Source of the DNA: Macrostomum hystrix
Lineage: Eukaryota; Animalia; Platyhelminthes
Length of the DNA: 64,000 bases
Reading direction: 5' to 3'
Assembly: GCA_950097015.1 (NCBI GenBank)
Contig: CATNEN010000025.1
Coordinates: forward strand, 7,316,001 to 7,380,000
Shown here piece after piece: positions 33,298-45,884 of the stretch (position 1 is the first letter of the stretch; every line of letters starts with the position of its first letter). Below the pieces are notes generated by a model. That model saw nothing but the letters and a program-made list of their open reading frames with translations, searched no databases and had not been told where the DNA came from. The translations under genes were made by a program, and so were the position numbers.

Positions 33298-36200
33298 TTA
33301 CACGCAACTCGACAATGGCTCCGTATCCTGGGCCAGCGAAGCTAACATCCCTGGCGGCGGCGTCGGCGGCGTCGGTGGCAGCGGCGTCTGTGGCGACCTA
33401 GAGGCGCTGAAGAAGTACTCCGGATTGTGGACCGAGGCGGTGTTGCTCGGACGCCTCAAAGAGATGGGCTCCAGGTAGCCATCTGACTGCAGCAGCGGCT
33501 GCAGCTCCTGGCCGCAGTAGCGCGGCTGCTTTGTGTACCTGCTGTCCTGAATTCCAGGTGAGCAGCCGAGCTTCAGCTTCACACTTCCGGCCCTGGCTAC
33601 AACTGCGTTGATGTAGGAAGCCGCGTCGGCGTCATCGGCATCGGCCGCTTCCGGTTGCGGCTGAGCTGTTCTGAACACTTCATCAGTGCCCTCCTCGTTG
33701 ACTTCGTTGACCTCCAGTGGCGAGTACTCGCCTCCGCCTCCGCCTCCGCCTGCGCCACCGCCGTCATCCGATGCCAGGTTGGCGTCCTGCTGCGAGCTGC
33801 TGCTGCCGCTGCCAGTCGGTGTCGAATCCGAGCTGCCCGCCTTCTGAGCCGTCGCCGAGTTGACCGATGAGCTGAACTTGTCACCCTTGATGTACACGTA
33901 ACGACCAGGAGCTAAGCACATCTTGCGAAAACTCGACTCCAACTCTTCGAAGCTAGGCCGCTGAGCCTCGTTCAGCATCCAGCACTTGATCATGAGTATG
34001 TACACATCCAGCGTGCAGATCTGCGGCTGCGGCAGACGCTCGCCCTTCTCCAGATAGTCGGCCAGGTCAACGGGCTTCACGCTGGCGTAGGGCGGCTCGC
34101 CGAACATGAAGATCTCCCACAGCGTCACTCCGTAGGCCCAGACGTCGGATTTGTGGGAGAAGCGCCTGCTGATGAGGCACTCCAGCGCCAGCCACTTGAT
34201 CGGCAGCTTGCCGCCCGAGGCGCAATACTCTTCGTTGGGATTTTCCATTAGCCTGGCCAGACCGAAGTCGGTTATCTTCACGCACCTAGCCGAGGCCACC
34301 AGGACATTGCGGCAGGCCAGGTCGCGGTGGATGACACTGCGCTGCTCCAGGTAGGCCATTCCGCTGGCGATTTGGGCTGCGAAGCGCAGCAGATGGCTGC
34401 TGCCCAGCTGACCAGTGCCGCGACGGGCTCGGAGGAAATCGCGCAGGTTGCCAAGGGGCAGGAAGCGGCTGATGAGCTGCGGCGGCTGCGTCATGCACAC
34501 ACCGACGAGGCTCAGGCAGTGCTGGTGGCGCACGGAGGCCATGATGCGACCCTCGGCTAGCAGTTCGCCGGAGAGGCAGCTGCCGCCGCAGTCGCTGGAG
34601 TCGGCCAGGATTTTTATGGCCACGGAGAGGCGTCCACGAGGCTGCCCGGGGGCGGCAGCGTCCGGGTGCCACTCGCCGCGGTAGACGGTGCCGAAGGCAC
34701 CAGAGCCGATCTCGGCGCCGCGGGTGAGCTCCTTCTCGGAGATGGTGCGCAGCACCGCGATTCCGTCGGCCTCTACACCGACAATTCCGCCAAGTTCAGC
34801 GCCGAGACAACTGGAGCCGTCGGCGGCGTTCAGCGGCTCGGTGTCCTCGTCCCAGGCGCTGTCAATCATCATGCGTCTCTGGCTGTCATCGCTCTTACCA
34901 GCGGCGGCTGCGGCGGTGGCAGCGGCAGCTGCTCGACTGGTCCGATGACGCATCCAGAGGCAAGCGACCGTCAATAGCAGCACGAAGACTGCAAGGATTC
35001 CGAAACCAAAGTACACGACTGTCAGCCTGACATCACGAACGGAGCGGCGTTTCTGAAGCTCGTCTTCGGCGCTCTCCTGTTCGCGGATGTCGACTCCGAC
35101 GCTCACAGTCCGACGGCACACCGACACTAGGTTGTGCGGCCGACGCCGACGCCAGGCAAAGTGCCGGTCAGCATCGTCGGCCTCCAGCATCTGCAGCCGC
35201 ATTCCAGACGGGCACGGGGCCAAAGGCGGGATGCATAGAGTCGTGTTGACAAAGTTTGCCTCGGCTTCGGGATCCGGCTCCACCACCTTGGAGCAGAAGC
35301 TGCAGCCGCCGGGTCCCACAATGGACAGATTGCCCGTGCATGTCGGCTCATCTTGGATGCCAGCGGCGACCGCAGGCAGGCACGCCTTCGGGCAGGGCCG
35401 GCAGACGCGGTCAGTGTCGGCGAAGTGCCCGACAGTCGAGCAGGCCGGCACGCAGCGGCCCGACTCGACCTCCGTAAAGGCGTCTGGCGAACAATCGGTG
35501 CAGTCCAGCGGGCCGGGCGCGGTACAGCGGTGGCAGAGCTGGTGACACCGGCTGCACCGACTCTCAGTTATCATCGGGATCCCGGAGGCACTGGCGTTTG
35601 TTAATCTGCCGGCGTTGTACCAACCGCCGGCTCCGTCGCAGCTAGCGACGCAGACGCTGGGTCGGCCAGCCGCCAAGTCTCCTGGCAGCCGATGGTGCAG
35701 ACAGCGGACGCAGCAGTCCGGTCCGGGTCCCCAGCAGCCGTAGTCTGGGTCGCACTCCGCATGACAGCGCGGACAGTCGCTGGCGCCGCCCCGGCTTGCC
35801 CGTCGAACATTGTCGAGGCTGGCGCTGTTGCTAGAGTTTGCGTTGAGCACAACTAGCCGGTGCTTGACCGCCAGCTGTGTTGGCAGGAGGCCCGGACAGC
35901 GGACTTTCGGCGGCGCCAGCGACAGCGTGCCATCCAGATGCTTCAACGAGGCCAGGCCAAGAAAGCTGAGGCTCTGCGAGCGAATCGCAATCGAACCATC
36001 GTTGGGCCGGCCGGGCCGCTTGAAGATTTTCCGCAGGCCGGCCAGGAAGGTGAGGTTATCCGGCCGGTTGAGAATCACCGTCACGCTGCCCCGGATGACA
36101 GATAAACGGCTCAGGTAAAAGTACAAATCGTCGACGGTCAGCACCCGGTTGCCGTGACTAGCCGAGTAATGATCCGGCTCGAAGCAGCTCTGCAGGATGG

Positions 36201-37341
36201 ACAGGTCGCCTGTGTAGTGCGCGCACAGGCGGCTGGAGTTGCGCCCGCCCGCGAGCAGCGCATTGTTCGGGCTGCAAATCGCGGCCGATTCTCCGGCCTG
36301 CTCGCAGGCCCGGCCGCCGACGAGGGTGCAGGCGCCGTCGCTGGCGGGCGCAAATCCATCTGAGCAGCGGCTGACGCAGGCGCCCTCCTGAGTGTAGTAG
36401 GTGCGCGGACAGCGGCTGACGCACACGGGGCCGAGCGGATAATGCTTGGGCTCTGACGGCCTGACGAAGTACGCGCTGCTGGGATCGTAGATGGACTCGG
36501 GATTGCAGACGCCGACGCAGACGCCGGATTTATTGAAGCTGGCGCAGGCTAGGCACTGGCTGGCTGCGGTGCCATAGCAACCGCCGGCGCATTGCTCGGC
36601 GCAACAGCGCTCGGACCCGGCGTCGAGGTGGCAGCGGCCGCTGGGGCATTGCCGCACGGTCAGACTGGCGCAGCGGGTTTGCAGCTGGCACTGGTCGGGC
36701 CCCGGTCCCCAGCAGTGGCGCCGGCCGCTTGGCCACGTGGGGCAGTCCGGATGGCAGTAGCCAGCTCTGACGCAATGAATTGATTTAATCAGCCGCTGCC
36801 TGCTCGGGTCGCGGAAAAGCTCAGTGTAGTTGACGCTGCGCTCGAGGTAGCAGGAGTTGACGCCAGTGACGGTGAAATTTCCGTTCGCGATGTAGGCCAG
36901 CCGGCTAAATATGGCCTCGGGCTGCGGAAACTGGCAGTGGCTGGGGTAGATGATGCTGACAGCGTTGTCACAGTTGGCGCCGCGAATGACCCGCAGGCTG
37001 CGGAAGATGACCGAAGCGTTGAAGCAGCTGTTGATGACCCGGACACAGCCGGTGACCTCCTGGATAGAGTCGAGGAAGTCCAGGCTGAAAGTCTTGTTCT
37101 CAGCAATGAAGTCCTGTTGGCGTATATTCATAATGTGCAGGTCGCCAATGACCAGTTGGCAGCCGTCCAGCTGGCTGCGCATCGACTGTACGATGGCAAC
37201 GGAGCTGCTGCGGGTGAACTCCGACTGTTGCGTGCCCTGGCAGACTAGGGGCGGCTCTGCCACCGCGGCAGCTCCCCGCAGGAGAAGCAGGGTGGCGAAG
37301 CACGAGATGGCCTGGCTCATGTATGTCGAGCGGGACCTCAT
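33298..37341 (-). CDS. EGFR: EGFR/ErbB-family receptor tyrosine kinase, single coding exon, 1347 aa from the first ATG
   Basis: Uninterrupted ORF: signal peptide, L1 (CQGT...GCQLVIGDLHI), Cys-rich furin-like domain (CWGPGPDQCQ), L2, extended Cys-rich domain IV, TM (VVYFGFGILAVFVLLLTVACLWM), kinase (GSGAFGTVY, VAIK, HRDLACRN, DFGLAR, KLPIKWLALE, SDVWAYGV), tail with NPEY. The ORF track starts at TTG 37350; the first ATG is at 37341. Confidence 0.97.
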   Translation of the reverse strand: MRSRSTYMSQAISCFATLLLLRGAAAVAEPPLVCQGTQQSEFTRSSSVAIVQSMRSQLDGCQLVIGDLHIMNIRQQDFIAENKTFSLDFLDSIQEVTGCVRVINSCFNASVIFRSLRVIRGANCDNAVSIIYPSHCQFPQPEAIFSRLAYIANGNFTVTGVNSCYLERSVNYTELFRDPSRQRLIKSIHCVRAGYCHPDCPTWPSGRRHCWGPGPDQCQLQTRCASLTVRQCPSGRCHLDAGSERCCAEQCAGGCYGTAASQCLACASFNKSGVCVGVCNPESIYDPSSAYFVRPSEPKHYPLGPVCVSRCPRTYYTQEGACVSRCSDGFAPASDGACTLVGGRACEQAGESAAICSPNNALLAGGRNSSRLCAHYTGDLSILQSCFEPDHYSASHGNRVLTVDDLYFYLSRLSVIRGSVTVILNRPDNLTFLAGLRKIFKRPGRPNDGSIAIRSQSLSFLGLASLKHLDGTLSLAPPKVRCPGLLPTQLAVKHRLVVLNANSSNSASLDNVRRASRGGASDCPRCHAECDPDYGCWGPGPDCCVRCLHHRLPGDLAAGRPSVCVASCDGAGGWYNAGRLTNASASGIPMITESRCSRCHQLCHRCTAPGPLDCTDCSPDAFTEVESGRCVPACSTVGHFADTDRVCRPCPKACLPAVAAGIQDEPTCTGNLSIVGPGGCSFCSKVVEPDPEAEANFVNTTLCIPPLAPCPSGMRLQMLEADDADRHFAWRRRRPHNLVSVCRRTVSVGVDIREQESAEDELQKRRSVRDVRLTVVYFGFGILAVFVLLLTVACLWMRHRTSRAAAAATAAAAAGKSDDSQRRMMIDSAWDEDTEPLNAADGSSCLGAELGGIVGVEADGIAVLRTISEKELTRGAEIGSGAFGTVYRGEWHPDAAAPGQPRGRLSVAIKILADSSDCGGSCLSGELLAEGRIMASVRHQHCLSLVGVCMTQPPQLISRFLPLGNLRDFLRARRGTGQLGSSHLLRFAAQIASGMAYLEQRSVIHRDLACRNVLVASARCVKITDFGLARLMENPNEEYCASGGKLPIKWLALECLISRRFSHKSDVWAYGVTLWEIFMFGEPPYASVKPVDLADYLEKGERLPQPQICTLDVYILMIKCWMLNEAQRPSFEELESSFRKMCLAPGRYVYIKGDKFSSSVNSATAQKAGSSDSTPTGSGSSSSQQDANLASDDGGGAGGGGGGGEYSPLEVNEVNEEGTDEVFRTAQPQPEAADADDADAASYINAVVARAGSVKLKLGCSPGIQDSRYTKQPRYCGQELQPLLQSDGYLEPISLRRPSNTASVHNPEYFFSASRSPQTPLPPTPPTPPPGMLASLAQDTEPLSSCV

Positions 37342-37959
37342 TAGTCCCAATTAATAGTTCAACGATGCGGCGGTCTCTGGTCAGCTCGAAGTCCTCCAAA
37401 ATTGAGAGCTGAGACAAGTTCCAGCCATGCCCAAACAATATGGGGAGTGCACGGACTGGGGAGTCTGAGAGTTGGAGAGGCCGGGCCAATGAGAGCGACC
37501 CGGCTTAGTTTCGCTGTACAATTGAACAGCTTGGAATGAAACAGATTGCCAGAGCTGGCCTTGGTGTCGGTCTGAATCAGCGAATAAGCAAGCTGCCGAT
37601 CTTCTTTCTTTTATAACGAACTAAAGCCAAAGGACTGCCTAGTAAAAGTAATTCGGCCTTCTTTTTTCTCTTCTGCCTTGGAATTAGAGGTTGGTCAGTG
37701 TGACTTTCACACAGGCATCCTGTGAGCCGCATTGTGGAGCAAACGGTGTGAAAGTGGCCAATTTATGCAATTATGCGTATAGGAAAAGGAATGTTCTCGA
37801 TTCTCAAGTCGCAGCTACAGCTAAACAAAACCCTTCCTTATACATATGACACAAATAGCTAGTATCCATGAGCTTAGACACTCAGTGACAGTTGATTTCA
37901 TTGAATATATTCCTTGTAAATATAAGACATTTTACCCAGGTGTTTTGACAAGCTTTACC

Positions 37960-39560
37960 TCTGTACTAGTTTAGCCGAGGTGTCTGTACTAGTTTTACCA
38001 AGGTGTCTGTACTAGTTTAGCCGAGGTGTCTGTACTAGTTTTACCGAGGTGTCTGTACTAGTTTAGCCGAGGTGTCTGTACTAGTTTAACCGAAGCGTCT
38101 GTACTAGTTTAGCCGAGGTGTCTGTACTAGTTTAGCCGAAGCGTCTGTACTAGTTTTAACGAGGTGTCTGTACTAGTTTAGCCGAGGTGTCTGTACTAGT
38201 TTAGCCGAAGCGTCTGTACTAGTTTTAACGAGGTGTCTGTACAGGTTTAGCCGAGTTGTCTGTACTAGTTTTACCAAGGTGTCTGTACTAGTTTAGCCGA
38301 GGTGTCTGTACTAGTTTAGCCGAGGTGTCTGTACTAGTTTTACCAAGGTGTCTGTCTGTACTAGTTTAGCCGAGGTGTCTGTACTAGTTTAGCCGAGGTG
38401 TCTGTACTAGTTTTACCGAGGTGTCTGTACTAGTTCAGCCGAAGCGTCTGTACTAGTTTTAACGAGGTGTCTGTACTACATGTAGTTTAGCCGAGTTGTC
38501 TGTACAGGTTTAGCCGATGTGGCTGTACTAGTTTAGCCGAAGCGTCTGTACTAGTTTTAACGAGGTGTCTGTACAGGTTTAGCCGAGTTGTCTGTACTAG
38601 TTTTACCAAGGTGTCTGTACTAGTTTAGCCGAGGTGTCTGTACTAGTTTTACCGAGGTGTCTGTACTAGTTTTACCGAGGTGTCTGTACTAATTTAGCCG
38701 AAGCGTCTGTACTAGTTTTAACGAGGTGTCTGTACTAGTTTTACCAAGGTGTCTGTACTAGTTTAGCCGAGGTGTCTGTACTAGTTTAGCCGAGGTGTCT
38801 GTACTAGTTTAGCCGAGGTGTCTGTACTAGTTTAGCCGAAGTGTCTGTACTAGTTTAGCCGAGGTGTCTGTACTAGTTTTACCGAGGTGTCTGTACTAGT
38901 TTTACCGAGGTGTCTGTACTAGTTCAGCCGAAGCGTCTGTACTAGTTTTAACGAGGTGTCTGTACTACATGTAGTTTAGCCGAGTTGTCTGTACAGGTTT
39001 AGCCGATGTGGCTGTACTAGTTTAGCCGAAGCGTCTGTACTAGTTTTAACGAGGTGTCTGTACAGGTTTAGCCGAGTTGTCTGTACTAGTTTTACCAAGG
39101 TGTCTGTACTAGTTTAGCCGAGGTGTCTGTACTAGTTTTACCGAGGTGTCTGTACTAGTTTTACCGAGGTGTCTGTACTAATTTAGCCGAAGCGTCTGTA
39201 CTAGTTTTAACGAGGTGTCTGTACTAGTTTTACCAAGGTGTCTGTACTAGTTTAGCCGAGGTGTCTGTACTAGTTTAGCCGAGGTGTCTGTACTAGTTTA
39301 GCCGAGGTGTCTGTACTAGTTTAGCCGAAGTGTCTGTACAGGTTTAGCCGAGGTGTCTGTACTAGTTTTACCAAGGTGTCTGTACTAGTTTAGCCGAGGT
39401 GTCTGTACTAGTTTTACCGAGGTGTCTGTACTAGTTTTACCGAGGTGTCTGTACTAGTTTAGCCGAAGCGTCTGTACTAGTTTTACCGAGGTGTCTGTAC
39501 AGACTGTACTAGTTCAGCCGAGGTGTCTGTTCTAGGTTTACCGGGGTGTCTACTAGTTTT
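37960..39560. repeat. 22/23-bp minisatellite upstream of EGFR, with an internal ~489-bp duplication
   Basis: gtactagtttagccgaggtgtct; the rare variant ctacatgtag occurs at 38476 and 38965. Confidence 0.96.
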
Positions 39561-40508
39561 ACCCATGTGTCAATAAAATACAGCTAATTAAAAATAACGG
39601 AGGCTCGAAGCTGCTACACGGCACAATTTCCGTCAGAAACCACTGAAAACATTGATTGGCAATAGAAGGTCTGCCGACAGTGTGACAAAACAAATAGGGC
39701 GATTGTTAAAGATTTTAATTTCTCAAATCAATGAAAAACACAGAAACAAGAAATAAGCGTGTTTCCTAACTTTTGTGTCTGTCTGTTTAAGCTGGCGAGC
39801 TGTAATTACGCGAATATTTAGACATTTTCATGCCAATGACAAAGTGACACCGAAGATTCGACCCGTATTCTCTGTCGAGCTCTCGTTTCGTAAACAAGAA
39901 AGAAACTTTGTTTTGAAAAAAAACAACTTAACACAATGCGACACGAGACTGGAAAATTCAGCTATTTCTTAAGTAAAACAATCATCCGCTGGATGAGGAA
40001 GTGTGGCTTTGAAAGAGAATTAGTCGCTCAAAAAAATAATTGTGAAAAGTAAGGAATGAGCAAAATATGTCAATAGAAGCCATTCATTTTTATGGAAGCG
40101 ATTCGGCATGCAAATACTCTGTCCTCTTGTGCAGCATGGCAACTATGATAATTTTAGGCTTTCGCCAGTGTTATAATTAATATAACTTTGCATTTTTTTG
40201 ACACCTGAGGACAAAGCTGACAGAAAGTAGGGAAGGCGTAGATTATCCACAAACTAGCACAGGCCGTGATCCCAGAGTTTCAATACGACCTGCACTTCAA
40301 GCTCCCTGTGCATTTTCCTGCAGATCCAATAGCTGAAATCCCAAATCCTCATTCCTAACATTTCAATCACAACACCGAAATCGAAAATCTTGCTTTCTAT
40401 TCCGAAATGACAACCCAAAAAACTTATTCTTATCCCCAATCCCTACAAAGCATAGCTTATCCCAGTTTGATAAATATAGCGTAAATAAGGTTTATTTATA
40501 AGGTTAGA

Positions 40509-40806
40509 GGTTGTAGCCTAGTGGTTAGGGCGTCGGACTCACGACTTGAAGGTCGGAAGTTCGATTCGCGACAACACTGAAACAATTTGTGTCCTTTAGC
40601 AAGACACTTAACTCTGCATTGCTTCAGTTCACCCAGCTGTTAAATGGGTACCAGCATTAGCTGGGATAATTGAAGGTGGGTGTGGCGTCCCACAGTCCAC
40701 GGACTGAACAGCTGTACGCAGTCTTCAGATGCGCCGCGCAATAGCTGCGGCTGTGCTGTTGGCTGCACATCTGGCCCGATTGGGACAGGTGTAATCAAAT
40801 ATTATT

Positions 40807-40836
<30 letters not shown>
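40509..40836 (+). mobile_element. tRNA-derived SINE family 1, copy 2, with (ATT)n tail
   Basis: TAGCCTAGTGGTTAGGGCG...AGTTCGATTCG, same body as 8098-8400, ending in (ATT)n. Confidence 0.88.
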
Positions 40837-40837
<1 letters not shown>

Positions 40838-41264
40838 GGGTAAATAAATAAATAAATACGCAAAGCAAAATACGAATATATTGTGATGCCATGCTGCCCT
40901 CTAGCGTATTTGGTTATATAAATGAAGGACATGGAATGTTAAGCTGGTATGACAAAAAATAAAATAAATAAAAAACCTAAAAAGCAAGTAACTATTTTTA
41001 CATTTATTCATCACATTTGGCAAGGGAAAAGGTTAAGCCATGCAGTTATCGAATTCAGTAATTACAATTATCGACACAGGTACCAAATATGTTGACACAG
41101 GTAAATAGATATCAGACAAGCAACCCATTGTGTAAGCGAGCTGTAACGAAGTATACAATAGATTCGTTGCTTGGTGCGGGAAGGCTTGTAAAAACTGTGA
41201 AGAAATTTTTTTAGAATAGAATGCAAAACTTAGGAAATTAAATGAAAAAATGAGGAAATCAACA

Positions 41265-41880
41265 CTCAGGCTGAGAAAGCTCTTTTTCGCTCCCTACTAA
41301 CCCCATTCAGCTCCCTAGCCATCACTTTCCGCTCCCTACTCACCCCTTTCCGCTCCCTATCTAACCCTTTACGCTCCCTACCCATCACTTTCCGCTCCCT
41401 ACTCACCCCTTTCCGCTCCCTACACACCCCTTTCCGCTCCCTACACACCCCTTTCCGCTCCCTATCTAACCCTTTACGCTCCCTACCTACCACTTTCCGC
41501 TCCCGACACACCCCTTTCCGCTCCCGACACACCCCTTTCCGCTCCCTACCCATCACTTTCCGCTCCCTACTCACCCCTTTACACTCCATACTCACCCTTC
41601 ACGCTCCATACACACCCCTTTCCACTCCCTACACACCCCTTTCCGCTCCCTACACACCCCTTTCCGCTCCCTACACACCCCTTTCCGCTCCCTACACACC
41701 CCTTTCCGCTCCCGACACACCCCTTTCCGCTCCCGACACACCCCTTTCCGCTCCCGACACACCCCTTTCCGCTCCCTACACACCCCTTTTCCGCTCCCGA
41801 CCCATCACTTTCCGCTCCCTACTCATCACTTTCCGCTCCCTACCTAACCCTTACTGCTCCCTACCCACCCCTTTCCGCTC
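41265..41880. repeat. 21-bp pyrimidine-rich minisatellite
   Basis: ttccgctccctacacacccct. Confidence 0.94.
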
Positions 41881-42276
41881 TTTTGTCTTCATTTTCGACT
41901 CTCTCCTCTCCATTTACCGCTCCCTGCCCTGCTATTTACACACCGCCCTCTCCCCTTCCCACTACTCTAACCATAATTATCCCCATTTAGTTTTCAATTC
42001 TGCTGTGGCCACAGGTCGCGTACTTTTGACAATCAGCCCGGGCTTCTCACGAGATATTCGCTGTGAAATTCAAAACCAAGCAGCAGGCACTCAACTAGTG
42101 AGGTAAAAAAGAACATTTTCAAACAAAAACTTGACTTCAAAATAGGCTTTCAAAATACCGCGCGAAATAAAGTACATTGAAAATAGACTTTTCAATAAAT
42201 GACGAAGCATTCTAGCGTACTAAATAGCTGCCCTCACCGTTTAACAATGAACCAATTGTTGGAAAAGGGTACAATC

Positions 42277-42575
42277 CTAAACCGCCCCTGTTGAACCGCC
42301 ACCGTCGGTAGCTTCGTAACCGCCAGCCGAGCTTTCACTCTCCTGCACCCCAGTTTCGTCTATGGCCGAACCAAACTCCAAGTCGGGCGAGCGCAGCAGG
42401 TCCTCCGGCCGGAGGCGGGGCAGCTCGACCTGCTCCGGATGCAGCCAAGGCTTCCAGTTGGGGCGGTTCTTGGCCTTCCAGGCCTCGTACTTCAGTGCCG
42501 CTTTGTGCAGGCCGCGAGCAACCCGCGGTGCCACCATAGTGGAAGCCTTGTTCACCACCCAGGTGGGTAGTTTGC
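42277..42575 (-). CDS. STARD10: STARD10 exon 5 (last)
   Basis: aaag|[60 protein letters not shown] carries the STARD10-type KPWLHPEQ motif, then an acidic tail and stop. Confidence 0.94.
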
Positions 42576-42717
42576 CTTTTTTAAAGGAAACACGGCAACA
42601 CTTGAAAGACTAAATAAGAAAACTTTAATACGAGTTGGGGCGGTTAGTTACTCGTAGTTACTCCTAATGCTAGAAAAACACAAGAGATAGTAGCTCAGGG
42701 GCTAATCCGTCCCTGAC

Positions 42718-43269
42718 AATTTTTGTACTGCACCCGAACGGAACAACGCATGCGCACGAAACTCAAGAACACGGGCCAATTTTTTGTTGCGCATCTTCTG
42801 AAACAAAAAACAAGTCACCAGCTCTTCAGACCGTCGAGATATTCAATGGTTCTGGCCGAAGGTCCGATTATTCTCATAAGCGCTAGTGTATTTCATACAC
42901 CCCTATACACGAATTAGCACTGGGCCTCAGTGCGGCCTTGCCAGGCCTTCAAAATTTATCAGCATGTCACCCGAATGTGCCTGCATCATCTCCGTCTTCG
43001 GTGGTCACCTACCTTTATCTAGACGGACTGCTGGACCTTCAAGGGCTACAACAGGTGGAACTAGGTCACTATGGACAGCCTGACGCGAATTTCACGAATT
43101 TGACTGATCAGGCCAAAATATTAGGCGCAGCTCAACCACAGGACACCATCGCCTAGTCTGTCAACCAATCAGTCACCACCCAACGCTGTTAGCATTCAGA
43201 AGACGCGCGTGAGAAATCCCCCCCTCTTGGTATAAAAACGGGCAGAAAAATGGCTTTGTAGTCCTACTG
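42718..43269. mobile_element. Second copy (B) of the same element, in the last STARD10 intron; left end not recognisable
   Basis: Colinear with copy A and ends GTAGTCCTACTG|TTAA. Carries ~85 bp extra (about 42801-42887) that copy A lacks. Confidence 0.7.
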
Positions 43270-43859
43270 TTAATTCTGAACTCGGGTTTTCTAACAGATT
43301 CGGTCGGCTTAAATGTAGCTAAATGAGCAATGTCTGAGAAATGTTTTTCTCTGAATAGTAGAGCAGATGATTGGGTGGGCGGTGTACTTTTGAACATTTC
43401 ATAAATTATCAATTCGACAGATGGTGTCTGATTACATACCATAATTAGACTGCAAAATAAAATAATTGTAATTGAGATAAGGGATAAATCTCCAGGGCTT
43501 TGTCTCCCAAAAAAATTGTTTTCCAAAAGCAACGCAAGCTTGCATGCACATCTGGTCCGTGTGTAGAGTCCGCATTTATGAACAATATGACAAGGGCCAA
43601 TGCTATCAAGCAGGTAAATAAATCAAACAAAGACACACTGGGTCTGTGACGACTGACAGTCAGTTAAAGACTAAACATCTTATAAGCTGTGTTCCCAACT
43701 AACGAACCAGACAGTTTGACATTTGACAGCTTGCACTTGCCAGCAATACTTCAGGCTTTCGCATTGCTTTTTGTTCCAAAGCAGACACACACTATTCAAC
43801 AAGGAATGAAAGACTGGATCGGCCGGCATTTCGAACCCTCACACCCTCATCTGTAGCGT

Positions 43860-44535
43860 GTCTCATCTCTCCCGTCTTATCTCTTCCCTGTCTTATCTCT
43901 CCCGTCTTATCTCTTCCCTGTCTTATCTCTCCCGAGTCTTTATCTCTCCCGAGTCTTTATCTCTCCCGAGTCTTTATCTCTCCCGTGACTTATCTCTCCC
44001 GTGACTTATCTCTCCCGTGACTTATCTCTCCCGTGACTTATCTCTCCCGTGACTTATCTCTCCCGTGACTTATCTCTCCCGTGACTTATCTCTCCCGTGA
44101 CTTATCTCTCCAGTGACTTATCTCTCCCGTGACTTATCTCTCCCGTGACTTATCTCTCCCGTGACTTATCTCTCCCGTGACTTATCTCTCCCGTGACTTA
44201 TCTCTCCCGTGACTTATCTCTCCCGTGACTTATCTCTCCCGTGACTTATCTCTCCCGTGACTTATCTCTCCCGTGACTTATCTCTCCCGTGACTTATCTC
44301 TCCCGTGACTTATCTCTCCCGTGACTTATCTCTCCCGTGACTTATCTCTCCCGTGACTTATCTCTCCCGTGACTTATCTCTCCCGTGACTTATCTCTCCC
44401 GTGACTTATCTCTCCAGTGACTTATCTCTCCAGTGACTTATCTCTCCCGTGACTTATCTCTCCCGTGACTTATCTCTCCCGTGACTTATCTCTCCCCTGT
44501 CTCACTCTCCCCTGTCTCATCTCTCCCGTGTCCTA
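43860..44535. repeat. 17-bp minisatellite
   Basis: tctcccgtgacttatc(tc). Confidence 0.96.
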
Positions 44536-45082
44536 TCTGTTCAATGTCGATCTGACCGCTCCAGACAAAGTGTTGTTTGGATTCTCTCTTTAATATGATA
44601 CGCTTGTATAAAATTATACGCTTGTATCTGACCCATATCTATACCACGATTAAATTGCATATATTAGAACTTCGTTAATTAAAATCTAAAAATAGGAAAT
44701 AACTAGATTTTACAGAGGAACTCGAGAGAAACAGAGAGCTCAATTTGAGCACGCTTTGATTGTTTGTTAGCTAGACAAATTTATAAATACTAAATAAGTA
44801 ACTTTAAAACGAATTTTTTCAAAGCAACCAGATTAAAGGATGTCTCAGTTTAAAAAATATCCCAACAAAGTCCCTAATTTAGATAGGAATCCCGATTCTG
44901 TGAATCCCCAGCTCTCCTATATGCACTATCCAAACGTTTTTAATAGGCTGATTTTGGCTAGGTCTTAGTCAGTGTGATCTGCTTGAAGCTTCAAGAAAAA
45001 AAAACTTTTTTTTGGATTAAAAAAACTAGTTTATTGTGGGATTTGAACTAATTGTGACAGAACTAATTGCCTCAGAACTTAC

Positions 45083-45200
45083 CCCTGGGATCGCATTGGG
45101 CCACGTAGGTGAGTTGGCATGATGTCGGACCGGTGCAGAAAAGCCAATAGCCAGTGATGAAAGAGATGCCGCGAATAAATCCCTTGCGAGGCGGCATTGC
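45083..45200 (-). CDS. STARD10: STARD10 exon 4
   Basis: ttttaacag|GCA ATG ... AGG G|gtaagt. [40 protein letters not shown]. Confidence 0.92.
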
Positions 45201-45884
45201 CTGTTAAAATAAGCCGGGTCAGTATTTCGCTTATAAGGACACAACTTTGGTCTTATAACTTAGTTACAGGCTTCCATTGTGCGTCATGTCCCCAAAAACA
45301 AGAATAGAAAAAAAATGTAAGAATACTAAATAATTAAACTCTTCTGTATTCCATTTTTTGTTAAGAATAGCTGCAATAGAAGACAAAGAGAAACAATTAA
45401 ATGTGCCACAAAACCGAAGCCATAAATGCTGAATTCTCTTCGCTTCTGTTCCCCCTTGCGATGCAAACTGACAATCATCCTGGGCAAGAAAATTTGTGGG
45501 CAAGAAAATTTGCACAAGGAACTATTTGAGGTGAAAAAAGCTGGGTGCAAAGAAATGATAGAGGAAATCCATTTTCCCATTTTTTAGAATTCGCGAGGGG
45601 GATCAGCAGAAATCAGACCCTGCTTTTAGATCCCTCCCGGGCGATGAGTCACGCATTGGGAAGAAAGGGAAAACTTCCATTTCGCAACAGAGAGTAAAAC
45701 AGGACAGCTTGGGACCAAAGTTGTGGTTCCAGTTTGGCACGCATTTTTTTCTAAGAAAGCTGCCTCACAAAGAAAAAAGTCACCAAAACACAAATTGAAG
45801 CAAACGAGTTGCCTTTTTCATCCCGAAAGATTGCTAAAAAATGGAATACAAAAGTTATAAATGTTTATTTAATAACATATTTCC

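Noticed and set aside
33597-37489. Many overlapping or antisense ORFs within EGFR and within the dystrophin-like exons (e.g. 19756-20148, 20897-21627)
   Set aside because: They are expected shadows of GC-rich coding sequence, with no recognisable domains.
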